A DNA stretch of 64,000 nt from Eledone cirrhosa. Its lineage: Eukaryota. Location: NCBI GenBank assembly GCA_964016885.1, contig OZ024755.1:33976001-34040000 (forward strand), in the 5' to 3' direction. This document shows, piece after piece, positions 26,900 through 39,968 of the stretch. Both the position numbers and the translations under genes were made by a program. How positions within the stretch are numbered: the first letter of the stretch is position 1; the number at the start of each line of letters is the position of its first letter. The notes under the pieces were generated by a model. It was not told the origin of the DNA. It ran no database searches and saw only the letters and a list, made by a program, of their open reading frames with translations.

Positions 26900-27575
26900 T
26901 CCACCCACCAGTTATGTCAAGTGAGAGCACCTCATATTTCTGCTCCCATCAACCACCCACCAAAATTATGTCAAGTCAGAGCACCCCATATTTCTGCTTC
27001 CATCAACCAGCCACCAATTATGTCAAGTGAGAGCACCCCATATTTCTGCTTACGTCACCCACCCACCAGTTATGTCAAGTGAGAGCACCCCATATTTCTG
27101 CTTCCATTAACCACCCACCAATTATGTCAAGTGAGAGCACCCCATGTTTCTGCTTACGTCACCCACCCACCAGTTATGTCAAGTGAGAGCACCCCATATT
27201 TCTGCTTACATTAACCACCCACCAAAATTATGTCAAGTCAGAGCACCCCATATTTCTATTTACATTAACCACCCACCAATTATATCAAGTGAGAGCACCC
27301 CATATTTCTATTTACGTTAACCACCCACCAATTATATCAAGTGAGAGCACCTCATATTTCTGCTTACGTCACCCACCCACCAGTTATGTCAAGTGAGAGC
27401 ACCCATATTTCTGTTTTACGTTAACCACCCACCAATTATATCAAGTGAGAGCACCTCGTATTTGTGCTTACATCACCCACCCAGCAGTTATGTCAAGTGA
27501 GAGCACCCCATATTTCTATTTACGTTAACCACCCACCAGTTATCTCAAGTCAAAGCACTCCATGTTTCTGTTTAT
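26900..27575. repeat. ~52-bp minisatellite, ~13 diverged copies
   Basis: Unit CCACCCACCAGTTATGTCAAGTGAGAGCACCCCATATTTCTGCTTACGTCAC. Confidence 0.92.
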
Positions 27576-27795
27576 TGTCCACTCATTTTACTTTATTTAT
27601 CATTTTATTTTAACATCTCGGAAAGGTTGAAATGCAAAGTTGACATCAACAGAATTAAAGCTCAGAACATAAACGGCCATATTTAAATCACGTAAAGTAT
27701 TTTGTTTGATGTTCAAGCGATTATTTCAATTAACCAACAAAATAAATACAATGAATAAATAAAGATATAATAATTATGGATTATTATATAGGAGT

Positions 27796-28141
27796 GGAGG
27801 CACATGGCTTAGTGGTTAGAGCATTGGGCTTGCAATTGAAAGGTTGTGAGTTCAATTCTCAGACCGGGTGATGTGTTGTTTCCTTGAGCAAGACACTTTA
27901 CTTCACATTGCTCCAGTTTACTCAGCTGTAGAAATGAGATGATAGGGACTGGGTTCCCTATCATTCCACTGCTAAGTGGTCGTGGAGGTGCCACGGCAAA
28001 AAAGCACCCAGCACTCACTGTAAATGAGGTTGGTGTAAGGAAGGGCATCCAACTGTAGAAATCAAGCCAGAATCAGTTCCCGTCCCACCCTTGCAAGCAG
28101 GGAAAAGTGGACGTAAAATGAAATGATGATGATGATGATGA
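27796..28141 (+). mobile_element. SINE B, full length
   Basis: Family B sequence. A diverged SINE A follows at 28149-28365. Confidence 0.9.
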
Positions 28142-28459
28142 ACCATAATGGCGGTGCATTTGCATTAGAGCATCGGGCATTATGCTTTGCAGCATAGAAT
28201 TACGAACCTTTACACTCTGCGTTCAAATCCCATCGAGGTTAGCTTTGCCTTTCATCTTTATGGGGTCAATAAAATAAAGCACCAGTAACATATTGGAGAA
28301 AATTTAATTGACTTTCCCCTCCTCCCACCCAAATCGTTGGCCTTGTCCCTAATTCAGAAACCATTATATGGAATCCATACTTAGCCAGAATGTCATATGT
28401 GAAAATCCTTAGCAAGATTTCTATTTTTCTTGACTTATCAATATAAAAAGAAAAGGACA

Positions 28460-28665
28460 TTAACCCTTTAGCATTTGAACCAACCATATCTGGCCAGAAG
28501 TCTCTCACCTATTTCTGTTCAAACCAGCTGTAACTTGCCACTCATACTGATCTTAAGGTGTTGTTCTCAAAATAAATAATATCAAAATCTCATAGATTCT
28601 ATATTATGTGAGGCAAAGCCTTTACCACAAAAATACAATAGTATATATAGAGTAATGTAAATGGA
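28460..28665 (-). mobile_element. piggyBac-type MITE, one end eroded
   Basis: TTAACCCTTTAGCATTTG start; the interior matches 17981-18207. Confidence 0.8.
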
Positions 28666-29597
28666 AAAGAGGATATCGAGGCATTCTTGCCACTCTCAAT
28701 TGTAGAAATAACACAAGGGATATTAAATGACTAAAACCATAATCCAAAGCTGAGTGATCACCTAAACTTAAGTGTCAAAATATATTGGAAGTTAAGTTAG
28801 TGATAAGAAGAAACTCAACAATTCATTTGTAAATCATAAAGCTTCCCTATGAGAAACTGGAAATACATTAGATATATCTAATGGATACTAAACACACAAA
28901 AATCTGTATGAAACAGAGTGCATCATATCAAAATGCTTTGGATCTATTTGTTAAGGCAAAAAAGCAGAAATCTTCCACAAAACAACAGATGATATCTTGT
29001 CTATAATGTAGATTTTAAAGGAAAATAAAACAAGCTCTAGAAAATGGAAGTAAAACAGATTTTCAGACACACACACATATCTGTATGTGTACGTCTGTTT
29101 GTATGTGTGTATATATAAGATAATTTCAAGTAAAACACAGATTTTCAGACACATGCACACATGTACGTGTGTGTCTGTTTGCATATGTGTGTGTGTATAA
29201 GATAATTTAAAACAGTAAAGAAAAATATAAAGCCAAACAGATTAGCAAGATACACATGAGTGCTGTAGAAGAAAAAAAACAAAAACGAAACAGCCTAACA
29301 AATACTGTAAAAGAAGCAGACTAAGAAACATAAAATATAAAATGCTATTAGACTAACAATACATATACCAAATTTACAAAAGTAAAAGGTTAAATATTTA
29401 AGAAAAGACATAAACAGAAAACAAAAAAAAAACTTCAAGAAAGCAATGAACAGCAAATTTGAAAGGAAGCCATTACTTTGTCAGAAGAATAACATTTTAA
29501 ATACACATTGCTTTGACAATATATAAAGCACACATATGAAAAGCAAAGCCTGAGATGTACAAGCCTAAGCACTCTTGAAAGAGCACAAGCCAGGAAA

Positions 29598-29765
29598 AGT
29601 ACAAGTCAGGTACAAGTCTGTAAAAGGTACAAGTCTGTAAAAGGTACCAGCCTGTAAAAGGTACCAGTCTGTAAAAGGTACAAGCCTGTAAAAGGTACAA
29701 GTCTGTAAAAGGTACAAGTCTGTAAAAGGTACCAGTCTGTAAATCGTACAAGTCTATAAAAGGCT
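29598..29765. repeat. 17-bp minisatellite, ~9 copies
   Basis: Unit GTACAAGTCTGTAAAAG. Confidence 0.9.
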
Positions 29766-29960
29766 CAAGCATAACCAATATAATTAGTCATAATTTAAAA
29801 ATATAGGTAGCAACAGTGAATCTATTCAGGTATTAAGTAGACATCAAAATATAAGACACTCAATGTTGATCGAGAATTAAACCAGTTCAGTAAAAAAAGT
29901 GTTGGAAATCTCTATCTCTAAAATCTCTATCTCTAAAAATGATATACTTTGTTTGAGAAA

Positions 29961-30152
29961 TAATTGTTTCTACTTTGGGCACAAGGCCAGCAATTACCCC
30001 AGTGCATTACTGGTACTTTATTTTATTGACCACATAAGGATGAAAGGTGAAGCTAACCTCGACAGGATTTGAACTCAGAACATAAAGGGCCATAACTCTA
30101 TGCCATGAAGCAGGGTGTCCAACGCTCTACCAATACTGCCAATCCATCACCC
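29961..30152 (-). mobile_element. SINE A
   Basis: Family A sequence. Confidence 0.85.
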
Positions 30153-30227
30153 TAATTGTCTGAAGAATAATAGTCTTATGAAAATGGAACTGTTAGGTTT
30201 CAGTAAGCAATTGTTTATTTTTATTTT

Positions 30228-30413
30228 TTAATCCTTTAGCATTTAAACCTGCTGTAACTGGTCGCTCATACTGATTTTAAGGTATTGTTCTCAAAATAAA
30301 TAATATCAAAATCTCATAGATTCGATATTATGTGAGATAATTATATAAGATAGAGCCTTTTATGATGAAAATATAATAGTATATATATAGTATTCTAAAT
30401 GCTAAAGCGTTAA
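30228..30413 (-). mobile_element. piggyBac-type MITE, internally deleted
   Basis: TTAATCCTTTAGCATTTA ... TAAATGCTAAAGCGTTAA. Confidence 0.75.
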
Positions 30414-30501
30414 ATTAAATATTTGACAATAATTAAATAACAACATATTGCAAAATAATTAATTTTGTAGTATGTTTTGGTTTTTGTAAAGGCTAATACA
30501 A

Positions 30502-31285
30502 TCATCATCATCATCTCCGTTTAACGTCCATTTTCCACGCTAGCATGGGTTAGACGGGAGTTGTCCCACTTGAGGCAAGGCTGGTCAGGTGACCGTATCT
30601 CGCTCATATAGGACTATCTGGCAGGTTTTCTACGGCTGGATGCCCTTCCTAACACCAACCACATTTACAGTGTGTTACCTACACAGCCACATTACAGTGT
30701 GGGCTGTGTGTGTTTTTTGTCGTGACACCTACACGATCTCGATCTTATTTTCTCATGATGTTGGTGGGAGTGGGAGGATAGGATAGGGGTAGTGGATTGG
30801 GGTGTATATTTGGTTAAGTGGTGCCTACTGACTGTAGGTTTCGCTTTGTACATACGCAAGGTGGGTCTTCTGTATTACTGCTTAGCGCCAAAGATCTCGG
30901 TCCAGAGACATTGTATTAGAGAGATGTAAGTGTGTGAGGTCGGAATTTATCAGATCATCCCAGGTTTTTCTGGGTCTACCTACTCCGTAACTACCATCAA
31001 TTTTGATCGCCCTGTACTTTTTTATGCAGCTGTCGTCTTTAATGCGCATCACGTGACCATACCAATGTAGTCTTCTCTCAAGTAAACAGCATCTGATCCC
31101 TCTTATTCCTAATTTCTCACTTAGTTCATTTATGATTTGCCGTTCACGTATATTACTATTACACATCCAACGGAGCATGCATGCTTCGTTCCTTTCCAGT
31201 CTACGCAGGTCCTCTGCACGTAATGCCCATGTCTCACTGCCATGTAGCATTGCTGTTCGTATACAGGCATCATACAGTCTGTAAC
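30502..31285 (-). mobile_element. RTE LINE 3' end with complete ~380-nt 3' UTR
   Basis: ORF 30882-31250 (LHGSETW..RRLHWYGHV..GRPRKTW..DRDLWR). The 3' UTR contains the AGGAAGGGCATCCAGC motif and ends in (ATG)n. Confidence 0.92.
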
Positions 31286-31525
31286 TATGGGTATGTGGTT
31301 AGAATGTTTCAGAAAAGAACCACTGAACAGATTTTACAGGCAAAAATCAACTGGCAGGAGACCCAGGGGTAGGTAGACCTTAAGCTAAATGGTTGGATAA
31401 CATCCATGAGCTTGGCTGGTCATGCTTGGGGATCCTGCAGCCGGATCAGCTGGAGACGATTGCTTCTGACAGGACCCACTGGAAGGAGTGTTTGAGGAGT
31501 CAGCCTCCAAGACCCTTTCGAGGAG
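31286..31525 (+). mobile_element. RTE LINE 3' fragment, different family
   Basis: With frameshifts it reads YGYVVRM..RTTEQIL...GRRPRG...KWLDNI...ASDRTHWKECL..PPRP. A purine-rich (GGA)n tract follows at 31520-31655. Confidence 0.65.
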
Positions 31526-32180
31526 GAGGAGGGGGGGGGTGATGACGTGGAGGAAGAGGGGGAGAAGGGGGAGGAGAAGGAGGAAGAGGAGGGGGAGGAG
31601 GCGGAAGAGGAGGGGGAGGAGGAGGAGGAGGGCGTGGAAGAGGAGAAGAAAAAGAAGTCCAGCTACAACAGAAATATTGGAAAGAATACTCAATCAAGAC
31701 TAACCCGATGAAAGGAGCCTGGATTGAGCGGGAGATTGCCTTCTGGCAGGCGAAACTCCAGGGGCCAGCTGCCACAGTGTCTCAGACCCCAGAATAGACA
31801 GTGTTCTGTTGATCGGATTAATTGGAACACTGTGCCATCCTCATGCTACAATGGGGTTATGAGGGGGTATGAAAAGGAGAGTTCAACTATCATATAATTA
31901 CCCCATCTATTAGATATACAGTACGTTTACTATCGAATGAATAAAAGCAAACCCACACACACGCACGTACACCAGGTCTGAATACAAAGGAGCCGAACTC
32001 TCACTGTCAACACCTCCATCTTTCTCGCCCTTCCCAACTCTCACTATTATGAGCAAAGGGAGTCCCACGCACTGGTCGGCCCACAGACCCTGCGGACAGA
32101 ATAGAGAAGGCATTTCCCCGGAGGATAGTGAAGAAGATTCACTGGAAGAGCCATTCCATCTCACAAGGCTCACACCTATG

Positions 32181-32889
32181 GCTAGCCAGCTCAGCACCTA
32201 TGGTGGTAAGTAGGGAGGTAGCCCTAGGGCCAAGGACACCAGAAGTTTCCACTGCTACAGCTAGCCAGCTCAGCACCTATGGTGGTAAGTAGGGAGGTAG
32301 CCCTAGGGCCAAGGACACCAGAAGTTTCCACTGCTACAGCTAGCCAGCTCAGCACCTATAGTGGTAAGTAGGGAGGTAGACCTAGGGCCAAGGACACCAG
32401 AAGTCTCTACTGCTACAGCTAGCCATCTCAGCACCTATGGTGGTGAGTAGGGAGGTAGCCCTAGGGCCAAGGACACCATAAGTTTCCACTGCTACAGCTA
32501 GCCAGCTCAGCACCTATGGTGGTAAGTAGGGAGGTAGCCCTAGGGCCAAGGACACCAAAAGTCTCTACTGCTACAGCTAGCCAGCTCAGCACCTATAGTG
32601 GTAAGTAGGGAGGTAGACCTAGGGCTAAGGACACCAGAAGTCTCTACTGCTACAGCTAGCCAGCTCAGCACCTATGGTGGGAAGTAGGGAGGTAGCCCTA
32701 GGGCCAAAGATACCAGAAATCTCTACTGCTACAGCTAGCCAGCTCAGCACCTATGGTAGTAAGTAGGGAGGTAGCCCTAGGGCCAAGGACACCAGAAGTT
32801 TCCACTGCTACAGCTAGCCAGCTCAGCACCTATGGTGGTAAGTATGGAGGTAGCCCTAGGGCCAAGGACATCAGAAGTCTCCACTACTG
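32181..32889. repeat. 79-bp GC-richer minisatellite, 9 copies
   Basis: Units starting GCTAGCCAGCTCAGCACCTAT at 32181, 32260, 32339 ... 32813. Confidence 0.95.
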
Positions 32890-33564
32890 GGGGCTCGACT
32901 GCAAACCTGTCAGAAAACCACCTTGTCGAATCGTTTGCAATGAGCAAAACATACTCTTGAATTTCAATCTTACTACATATTCCTTAAATGTTCCATTACT
33001 TACAATCAATTTTGTGTATAAAAATATACTTAATTCTTCTTTAAAGTAATATTGATGGATACAACCTTAAGTTAAAGAGTGATAACAAAGGTGAGACACT
33101 CAAACGATAATGATTATGATTTATTTAGTTTTTTTTATGGCTTTAATATAACCATGATCATAAGGCTTCCTTATTAGATTCTATTGATAGGTATTTTGTA
33201 TGTTTTTGTTTTTAATCTGATGGTATGTGACAACAAATACAAAATACTAATTAAACATTGCAAGGTCATAAAGGGGCAGAATCAGTAGAACTGAAACAAA
33301 AAAAATGTATTGCGGTATTTAGTTACATTCTTTTATGTTGAGTTCAAATCCTGCCAGAGGTGATGATGCCTTTCATCAAGTAATGGCAACAATTCAATTG
33401 AAGGTTGTCTTTGCCACAAGATTTGTGGTTTTGTATTAATATAAGAAACCAATAATCAAATAATATAAATAAGATAATCAGTAAATCTAGCATATAGTAT
33501 ACCTCTCTCTCTCATATATATATACCTTTCTTCACTATTCCTTTTATACACACACACATATATA

Positions 33565-35107
33565 TCATCATGGTTTAATGTCTATCTTCCACGCTAGCAT
33601 GGGTTGGACGGGTTTGTCCCATTTGAGGCAAGATTGGTCGGGTAACCGTGTCTTGCTCGTATAGAACTGTTTCTGGCAGGTCTTCTACGGCTGGATGCCC
33701 TTCCTAATGCCAACCACATTTACAGTGTGGACTGGGAGCCATTTTACCGTGTCTCCTACATGACCACTTTACAGTGTGGACTGGGTGTTTTTGTCATGTC
33801 ACCTACACGACCACTTTACAGTGTGGACTGGGTGTTTTTGTCGTGTCACCTACATGACCACTTTACAGTGTGGACTGGGTGTTTTTGTCGTGTCACCTAC
33901 ATGACCACTTTACAGTGTGGACTGGGTGTTTTTGTCGTGTCACCTACATGACCACTTTACAGTGTGGACTGGGTGTTTTTGTCGTGTCACCTACACGACC
34001 ACTTTACAGTGTGGGCTGGGTGTTTTTTGTCGTGTCACCTACACGACCACTTTACAGTGTGGGCTGGGTTTTTGTCGTGTCACCTACACGACCAGTTTAC
34101 AGTGTGGACTGGGTGTTTTTGTCGTGTCACCTACACGACCACTTTACAGTGTGGACTGGGTGTTTTTGTCGTGTCACCTACACGACCACTTTACAGTGTG
34201 GACTGGGTGTTTTTTGTCGTGTCTCCTACATGACCACTTTACAGTGTGGACTGGGTGTTTTTGTCGTGTCACCTACACGACCACTTTACAGTGTGGACTG
34301 GGTGTTTTTTGTCGTGTCACCTACACGACCACTTTACAGTGTGGGCTGGGTTTTTGTCGTGTCACCTACACGACCAGTTTACAGTGTGGACTGGGTGTTT
34401 TTGTCGTGTCACCTACACGACCACTTTACAGTGTGGACTGGGTGTTTTTTGTCGTGTCACCTACACGACCACTTTACAGTGTGGGCTGGGTGTTTTTTGT
34501 CGTGTCACCTACACGACCAGTTTACAGTGTGGACTGGGTTCTTTTTGTCGTGTCATCTACATGACAACTTTACAGTATGGGCTGGGTGTTTTTTGTCGTG
34601 TCACCTACATGACCAGTTTACAGTGTGGACTGGGTTCTTTTTGTCGTGTCACCAACATGACCACTTTACAGTGTGGACTGGGTTCTTTTTGTCGTGTCAC
34701 CAACATGACCACTTTACAGTGTGGGCTGGGTGTTTTTTGTCGTGTCACCTACATGACCACTTTACAGTGTGGACTGGGTGTTTTTTGTCGTGTCACCTAC
34801 ACGACCACTTTACAGTGTGGGCTGGGTGTTTTTTGTCGTGTCACCTACACGACCAGTTTACAGTGTGGACTGGGTGCTTTTTGCCGTGTCATCTACATGA
34901 CCACTTTACAGTGTGGGCTGGGTGTTTTTTGTCGTGTCACCTACATGACCAGTTTACAGTGTGGACTGGGTGTTTTTTGTCGTGTCTCCTACATGACCAG
35001 TTTACAGTGTGGACTGGGTTCTTTTTGTCGTGTCACCTACATGACCAGTTTACAGTGTGGACTGGGTTCTTTTTGTCGTGTCACCTACACGACCACTTTA
35101 CAGTGTT
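33565..35107 (-). repeat. RTE 3'-UTR fragment with a 47-48 bp unit amplified ~29 times (33720-35107)
   Basis: LINE tail at 33565-33725, then units ACCACTTTACAGTGTGGACTGGGTGTTTTTGTCGTGTCACCTACACG. Confidence 0.92.
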
Positions 35108-35366
35108 TCTATATATTTATATATACCTCAGCCTCTCAATCCCAGAGTGGTGTCCCGTTCAACACAGTTTCCTCACTTATGAGACTGCCTGGTTGTTTGA
35201 GCGGCTTAGCCTTGCCATTACCTGTGGTAATGTTCCAAGCATGTTGAATGCCTCAAAGTGTTCAGATAGCCCTTATGATGTGATGTGCAGCCGATTGTCA
35301 CACTTGCTGGTGAATTGCACTCCACTTTTTTTCTTCTCTTTTATGTAAGCATTATATTATTATATA

Positions 35367-35778
35367 GGGCGGTGAATTGGCAGTGTCGGTAGAGGGTTGG
35401 ACGCCATGCTTTCTAGCATAGTTACATCTCCCTTTACAGTCTGAGTTCAAATCCCGCCGAGGTTAACTTTGCCTTTCATCCTTACGGGGTCGATAAAATA
35501 AAGTACCAGTAATGTACTGGATAATTGCTGGCCTTGTGCCAAAAAGTAGAAACAATTATATTATTATATTTTTATACTAGGGGCGGTGGATTGGCAGTTT
35601 TGGTAGAGGGTCGGACACCATGCTTTGACATATCAAGTTACAGCCCTTGCCATTCTGAGTTCAAATCCCCCCCCCCCCCGAGGTTAACTTCGCCTTTCAT
35701 CCTTAAGGGGTCGATAAAATAAAGTATCAGTAATGCACTGGATAATTACTGGCCTTGTGCCAAAAGTAGAAACAATTA
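35367..35778 (+). mobile_element. Two tandem SINE A copies
   Basis: 35367-35558 and 35581-35778, each followed by ATTATATTTTTATAC. Confidence 0.9.
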
Positions 35779-35972
35779 TTATATTTTTATACAATTGTGA
35801 ATAAAACACGATTATATTTCCATTAAAAAAAAGTATATTAAGTAAAACAATATAAAAATTATGGAGGCCTAATTTAGTAATAATGTATCAATCAGTATGA
35901 TGAAATCTATTTGTCTAAAAAGCAGTATTAATAGAGGGCAAAAGGATTATTTATAGGATAAAGTTATGAGTA

Positions 35973-36398
35973 TCATCATCATCATCGTTTTACGTCCGCT
36001 TTTCCCTGCTTGCAAGGGTGGGACGGGAACTGATTCTGGCTTGATTTCTACAGCGGGGTGTCCTTCCTAACACCAACCTCATTTACAGTGAGTGCTGGGT
36101 GCTTTTTTGCCGTGGCACCTCCACGACCACTTTACATTACTCTATATATGCTATTATATTTTCATGGTAAAGGCTTTACCTTACATAATTATCTCACATA
36201 ATATCTAATATAGCATTTATATTACTCTATAATGATAGTGACCCCAGTCCCTATCATCTCATTTCTACAGCTGAGTAAACTGGAGCAATGTGAAATAAAG
36301 AGTCTTACTCAAGGAAACAACACGTCACCCGGTCTGAGCATTGAACTCACAACTTTTCGATTGCAAGACCAATGCTCTAACCACTACGCCATGTGCCT
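35973..36398 (-). mobile_element. SINE B interrupted by a ~100-bp MITE-interior fragment
   Basis: SINE halves at 35973-36133 and 36232-36398; the insert resembles 36668-36745. Confidence 0.85.
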
Positions 36399-36654
36399 AA
36401 GCAAAATACGTTTAGCTACATATATTCATACAAAATATGTACACTCCTACAATAATTAATTTTTTCTCCCCAAACTACCAAAACACATATCTATTTGTAA
36501 ATGTGCTACGATTTATGTACATGTTATGTTTATCACATATCAAATTTTTTTTCCATATATCTTGGTTGATATTTGATAATAACAGCTAAACTAATCCCTC
36601 TCAACATCTAAATAAATCCAGCTCTCGGTAGTTACAGTATGTATCCCTATCTTA

Positions 36655-37038
36655 TTAACCCTTAGCATTTACATTACTCTATATATGCTATTATATTTTC
36701 ATGGTATCTCACATAATATCTAATATACAATTTATATTACTGTATATTTACTAATATATTTTCACGGTAAAGGCTTTATCACACAGAATTATTTCACTTA
36801 ATATTGAATCTATGAGACTTTGATATTTGACTTTGCCTTTCATCCTTACGGGGTCGATAAAATAAAGTACCAGTAATGCACTGGGTATTTGCTGGCCTTG
36901 TGCCTAAAGTAGAAACAATTATTTAGTTTGAGAACAATACCTTAACATCAGTATGAGTGACTGGTTACAGCCAGTTTAAACAGAAAGGGGCGAGAGAATT
37001 CTGGCCTGATACAGCCGGTTTAAATGCTAAAGGGTTAA
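36655..37038 (+). mobile_element. piggyBac-type MITE containing a SINE A 3' fragment (36828-36921)
   Basis: TTAACCCTTAGCATTTA ... TAAATGCTAAAGGGTTAA. Confidence 0.85.
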
Positions 37039-37548
37039 ATAGGAATCAAAGTAGAGGTTGTGCCCATTACTTTTGTAGGTCTTCTGTGACAGGTGAGATT
37101 GATATAAGTCAACAGATTGATTTATCTCTCTTTACTCTTCACATATCCTCTGCCTTCATTACCTGTGTCTAACTACCATGCAACATTGCACAGTGCATGC
37201 ATATATATTTGATGAAATTATTCGTTGGTTTACAGCAGTACTGAGTTCAAACTTCATGATAGGAAATATTGCCAGTGATAAACTGGCATTCTTTACTGGA
37301 AGAAGTTTCTTTCTTATTCTCTTTGAACTTGAAAAATATAAAGCGATAGTAAATTTTGTTGTGAATTGGAAGAATCCTTAGAGTATTGAATAGAACATCG
37401 TTTGGTGTCCTGGCTCTCGGAACACTTCAAAACCCAGAGGTCAACTTTGTCTGGTATTTTATTTTATCAACCCTTTATTCAGGTTTGGTAAAATAAAATA
37501 CCAGCATTGAATTGACAGAATGCTGTGGGTATCACATGAGATATCTTG

Positions 37549-39968
37549 CCATGTTAGCGTGGAAGAATGGACGTAAAACGGTGATGATCCTAGATAGGAT
37601 TTGAACTGAAACTGATGTAGTACCTCACAAAGAAACTATAAAGTTAACTACTGAAGACAACCCGTCTAACCCATGTTAGCGTGGAAGAATGGACGTAAAA
37701 CGGTGGTGATCCTAGATAGGATTTGAACTGAAACTGATGTAGTACCTCACAAAGAAACTATAAAGTTAACTACTGAAGACAACCCGTCTAACCCATGTTA
37801 GCGTGGAAGAATGGACGTAAAACAGTGATGATCCTAGATAGGATTTGAACGGAAACTGATGTAGTACCTCACAAAGAAACTATAAAGTTAACTACTGAAG
37901 ACAACCTGTCTAACCCATGTTAGCGTGGAAGAATGGACGTAAAACGGTGGTGATCCTAGATAGGATTTGAACTGAAACTGATGTAGTACCTCACAAAGAA
38001 ACTATAAAGTTAACTACTGAAGACAACCCGTCTAACCCATGTTAGCGTGGAAGAATGGACGTAAAACAGTGATGATCCTAGATAGGATTTGAACTGAAAC
38101 TGATGTAGTACCTCACAAAGAAACTATAAAGTTAACTACTGAAGACAACCCGTCTAACCCATGTTAGCGTGGAAGAATGGACGTAAAACGGTGGTGATCC
38201 TAGATAGGATTTGAACTGAAACTGATGTAGTACCTCACAAAGAAACTATAAAGTTAACTACTGAAGACAACCCGTCTAACCCATGTTAGCGTGGAAGAAT
38301 GGACGTAAAACGGTGGTGATCCTAGATAGGATTTGAACTGAAACTGATGTAGTACCTCACAAAGAAACTATAAAGTTAACTACTGAAGACAACCCGTCTA
38401 ACCCATGTTAGCGTGGAAGAATGGACGTAAAACAGTGATGATCCTAGATAGGATTTGAACTGAAACTGATGTAGTACCTCACAAAGAAACTATAAAGTTA
38501 ACTACTGAAGACAACCCGTCTAACCCATGTTAGCGCGGAAGAATGGACGTAAAACAGTGATGATCCTAGATAGGATTTGAACTGAAACTGATGTAGTACC
38601 TCACAAAGAAACTATAAAGTTAACTACTGAAGACAACCCGTCTAACCCATGTTAGCGTGGAAGAATGGACGTAAAACGGTGGTGATCCTAGATAGGATTT
38701 GAACTGAAACTGATGTAGTACCTCACAAAGAAACTATAAAGTTAACTACTGAAGACAACCCGTCTAACCCATGTTAGCGTGGAAGAATGGACGTAAAACG
38801 GTGATGATCCTAGATAGGATTTGAACTGAAACTGATGTAGTACCTCACAAAGAAACTATAAAGTTAACTACTGAAGACAACCCGTCTAACCCATGTTAGC
38901 GTGGAAGAATGGACGTAAAACGGTGGTGATCCTAGATAGGATTTGAACTGAAACTGATGTAGTACCTCACAAAGAAACTATAAAGTTAACTACTGAAGAC
39001 AACCCGTCTAACCCATGTTAGCGTGGAAGAATGGACGTAAAACAGTGATGATCCTAGATAGGATTTGAACTGAAACTGATGTAGTACCTCACAAAGAAAC
39101 TATAAAGTTAACTACTGAAGACAACCCGTCTAACCCATGTTAGCGTGGAAGAATGGACGTAAAACGGTGGTGATCCTAGATAGGATTTGAACTGAAACTG
39201 ATGTAGTACCTCACAAAGAAACTATAAAGTTAACTACTGAAGACAACCCGTCTAACCCATGTTAGCGTGGAAGAATGGACGTAAAACGGTGGTGATCCTA
39301 GATAGGATTTGAACTGAAACTGATGTAGTACCTCACAAAGAAACTATAAAGTTAACTACTGAAGACAACCCGTCTAACCCATGTTAGCGTGGAAGAATGG
39401 ACGTAAAACGGTGGTGATCCTAGATAGGATTTGAACTGAAACTGATGTAGTACCTCACAAAGAAACTATAAAGTTAACTACTGAAGACAACCCGTCTAAC
39501 CCATGTTAGCGTGGAAGAATGGACGTAAAACGGTGGTGATCCTAGATAGGATTTGAACTGAAACTGATGTAGTACCTCACAAAGAAACTATAAAGTTAAC
39601 TACTGAAGACAACCCGTCTAACCCATGTTAGCGTGGAAGAATGGACGTAAAACGGTGGTGATCCTAGATAGGATTTGAACTGAAACTGATGTAGTACCTC
39701 ACAAAGAAACTATAAAGTTAACTACTGAAGACAACCCGTCTAACCCATGTTAGCGTGGAAGAATGGACGTAAAACGGTGGTGATCCTAGATAGGATTTGA
39801 ACTGAAACTGATGTAGTACCTCACAAAGAAACTATAAAGTTAACTACTGAAGACAACCCGTCTAACCCATGTTAGCGTGGAAGAATGGACGTAAAACGGT
39901 GGTGATCCTAGATAGGATTTGAACTGAAACTGATGTAGTACCTCACAAAGAAACTATAAAGTTAACTA
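37549..39968. repeat. 122-bp tandem repeat, ~20 near-identical copies, containing the RTE/SINE 3' terminus
   Basis: Period 122 (37549, 37671, 37793...). The unit includes GACAACCCGTCTAACCCATGTTAGCGTGGAAGAATGGACGTAAAACG, compare 55792-55838. Confidence 0.95.

Noticed and set aside
31385-31775. Pro-, Leu- or Arg-rich ORFs
   Set aside because: They come from a low-complexity (GGA)n tract next to an RTE fragment.
33727-35348. Cys/His-rich ORFs resembling zinc-finger repeats
   Set aside because: They translate the 47-48 bp LINE-UTR minisatellite and frameshift between units.
37549-39968. CRISPR-like array, or a hammerhead in the 122-bp unit (CTGAAGA ... GAAACTGATGTAGTA)
   Set aside because: There are no unique spacers and the context is eukaryotic. 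A stem III can be drawn, but stems I and II do not pair next to the core.
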